DNA of 63,126 nucleotides, filler included, from Rhabdomonas costata (Eukaryota): NCBI GenBank assembly GCA_019059605.1. It is 51 parts of 51 records of this genome, joined end to end, with 100 filler letters (N's around TTAATTAATTAA, not from the genome) between each part and the next. Parts side by side here need not be neighbours in the genome. Positions count along the whole stretch, not along the records: positions 61,988 to 63,126 come from JAHMHO010026659.1; 50 more parts are not named here. One strand, 5' to 3'. Shown piece by piece: positions 62,666 to 63,126 of this stretch (position 1 is its first letter; each line of letters starts with the position of its first letter). The notes under the pieces were generated by a model. It saw only the letters and a program-made list of their open reading frames with translations, ran no database searches and was not told where the DNA came from. The position numbers and the translations under genes were made by a program.

Positions 62666-63126
62666 GTATCCACCCTTGCCCACGAGCGCGCACTCTCAGT
62701 AAAACACGGGGGATTGGTAGTTGGAGTGTACAGTGGTTGTGGTGATGGAAGTGGTGGTAGGGCTTACAAGTGCTACAAAGGTGTGTGTGTGCCAAACGCC
62801 GGACTAAAGCCTGCATAATCGCAGTGCTTTGGAATTGAGTGCTGCCCTGCGCAAACACTGCTCTTTTCTTTCTTCATAACGCCATTGCCGGTTCTGTTGC
62901 TACTCCGCCGAAGCAAAGCTTCCCCCTATTGGTTTCACTTCTACTTTGATGAGCTCTACTCTCAACTACAGGGCAGACACGACCTGAGCCAGCGAGAATA
63001 CACGCGACCTTGGCATTGCAGCCTGCTCCGGGGGGTAAACTGGCGCGATGCACCAAGCGGCTCAAGGTAACCGCCATCGGGTCAATAAACCCCCGAAAAA
63101 CCCCGATTCAAGAAGAAGGATTACAA

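Noticed and set aside
40916-63126. ART-SEL1 and SIR2 genes as one linked defence island
   Set aside because: They are on different contigs ordered only by length, so linkage cannot be inferred.

Overview
This window is not a contiguous locus. It is about 51 unrelated contigs of about 1.14 kb, joined by artificial 100-nt spacers (44 N + TTAATTAATTAA + 44 N), so gene neighbourhood has no meaning across spacers. Contig ends carry G/T-only tails that resemble whole-genome-amplification primer remnants, and at least eight contigs have fold-back (inversion) chimeras at one end. The DNA is from an intron-rich eukaryote with short GC-rich exons and GT-AG introns. A euglenozoan (euglenid-like) source is inferred from the EVKTIGDSF-type adenylate cyclase and candidate trans-splice acceptors; this is not proven. 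Recognisable exons: beta-adaptin, COPB2, VPS9 GEF, kinesin heavy chain, response-regulator receiver, PAS, Cache-TM sensor, NO VEIN/sacsin-like ATPase, ABCE1, mitochondrial carrier, Hip/ST13, GDS-esterase, class III cyclase, RRM protein, ERCC6-like SNF2, TRM61, ALG3, inositol 5-phosphatase and NME5. Mobile DNA includes Penelope-like RT fragments, an LTR-type RT fragment with apparent splice sites, a Merlin-like fragment and an intronic ~220-bp repeat family. The most interesting items are two adjacent paralogous bacterial-defence-type SIR2 exons, a reconstructed ADP-ribosyltransferase + SEL1-repeat gene and a possibly spliced (domesticated) RT. All family assignments come from motif recognition by eye; no database searches were run.
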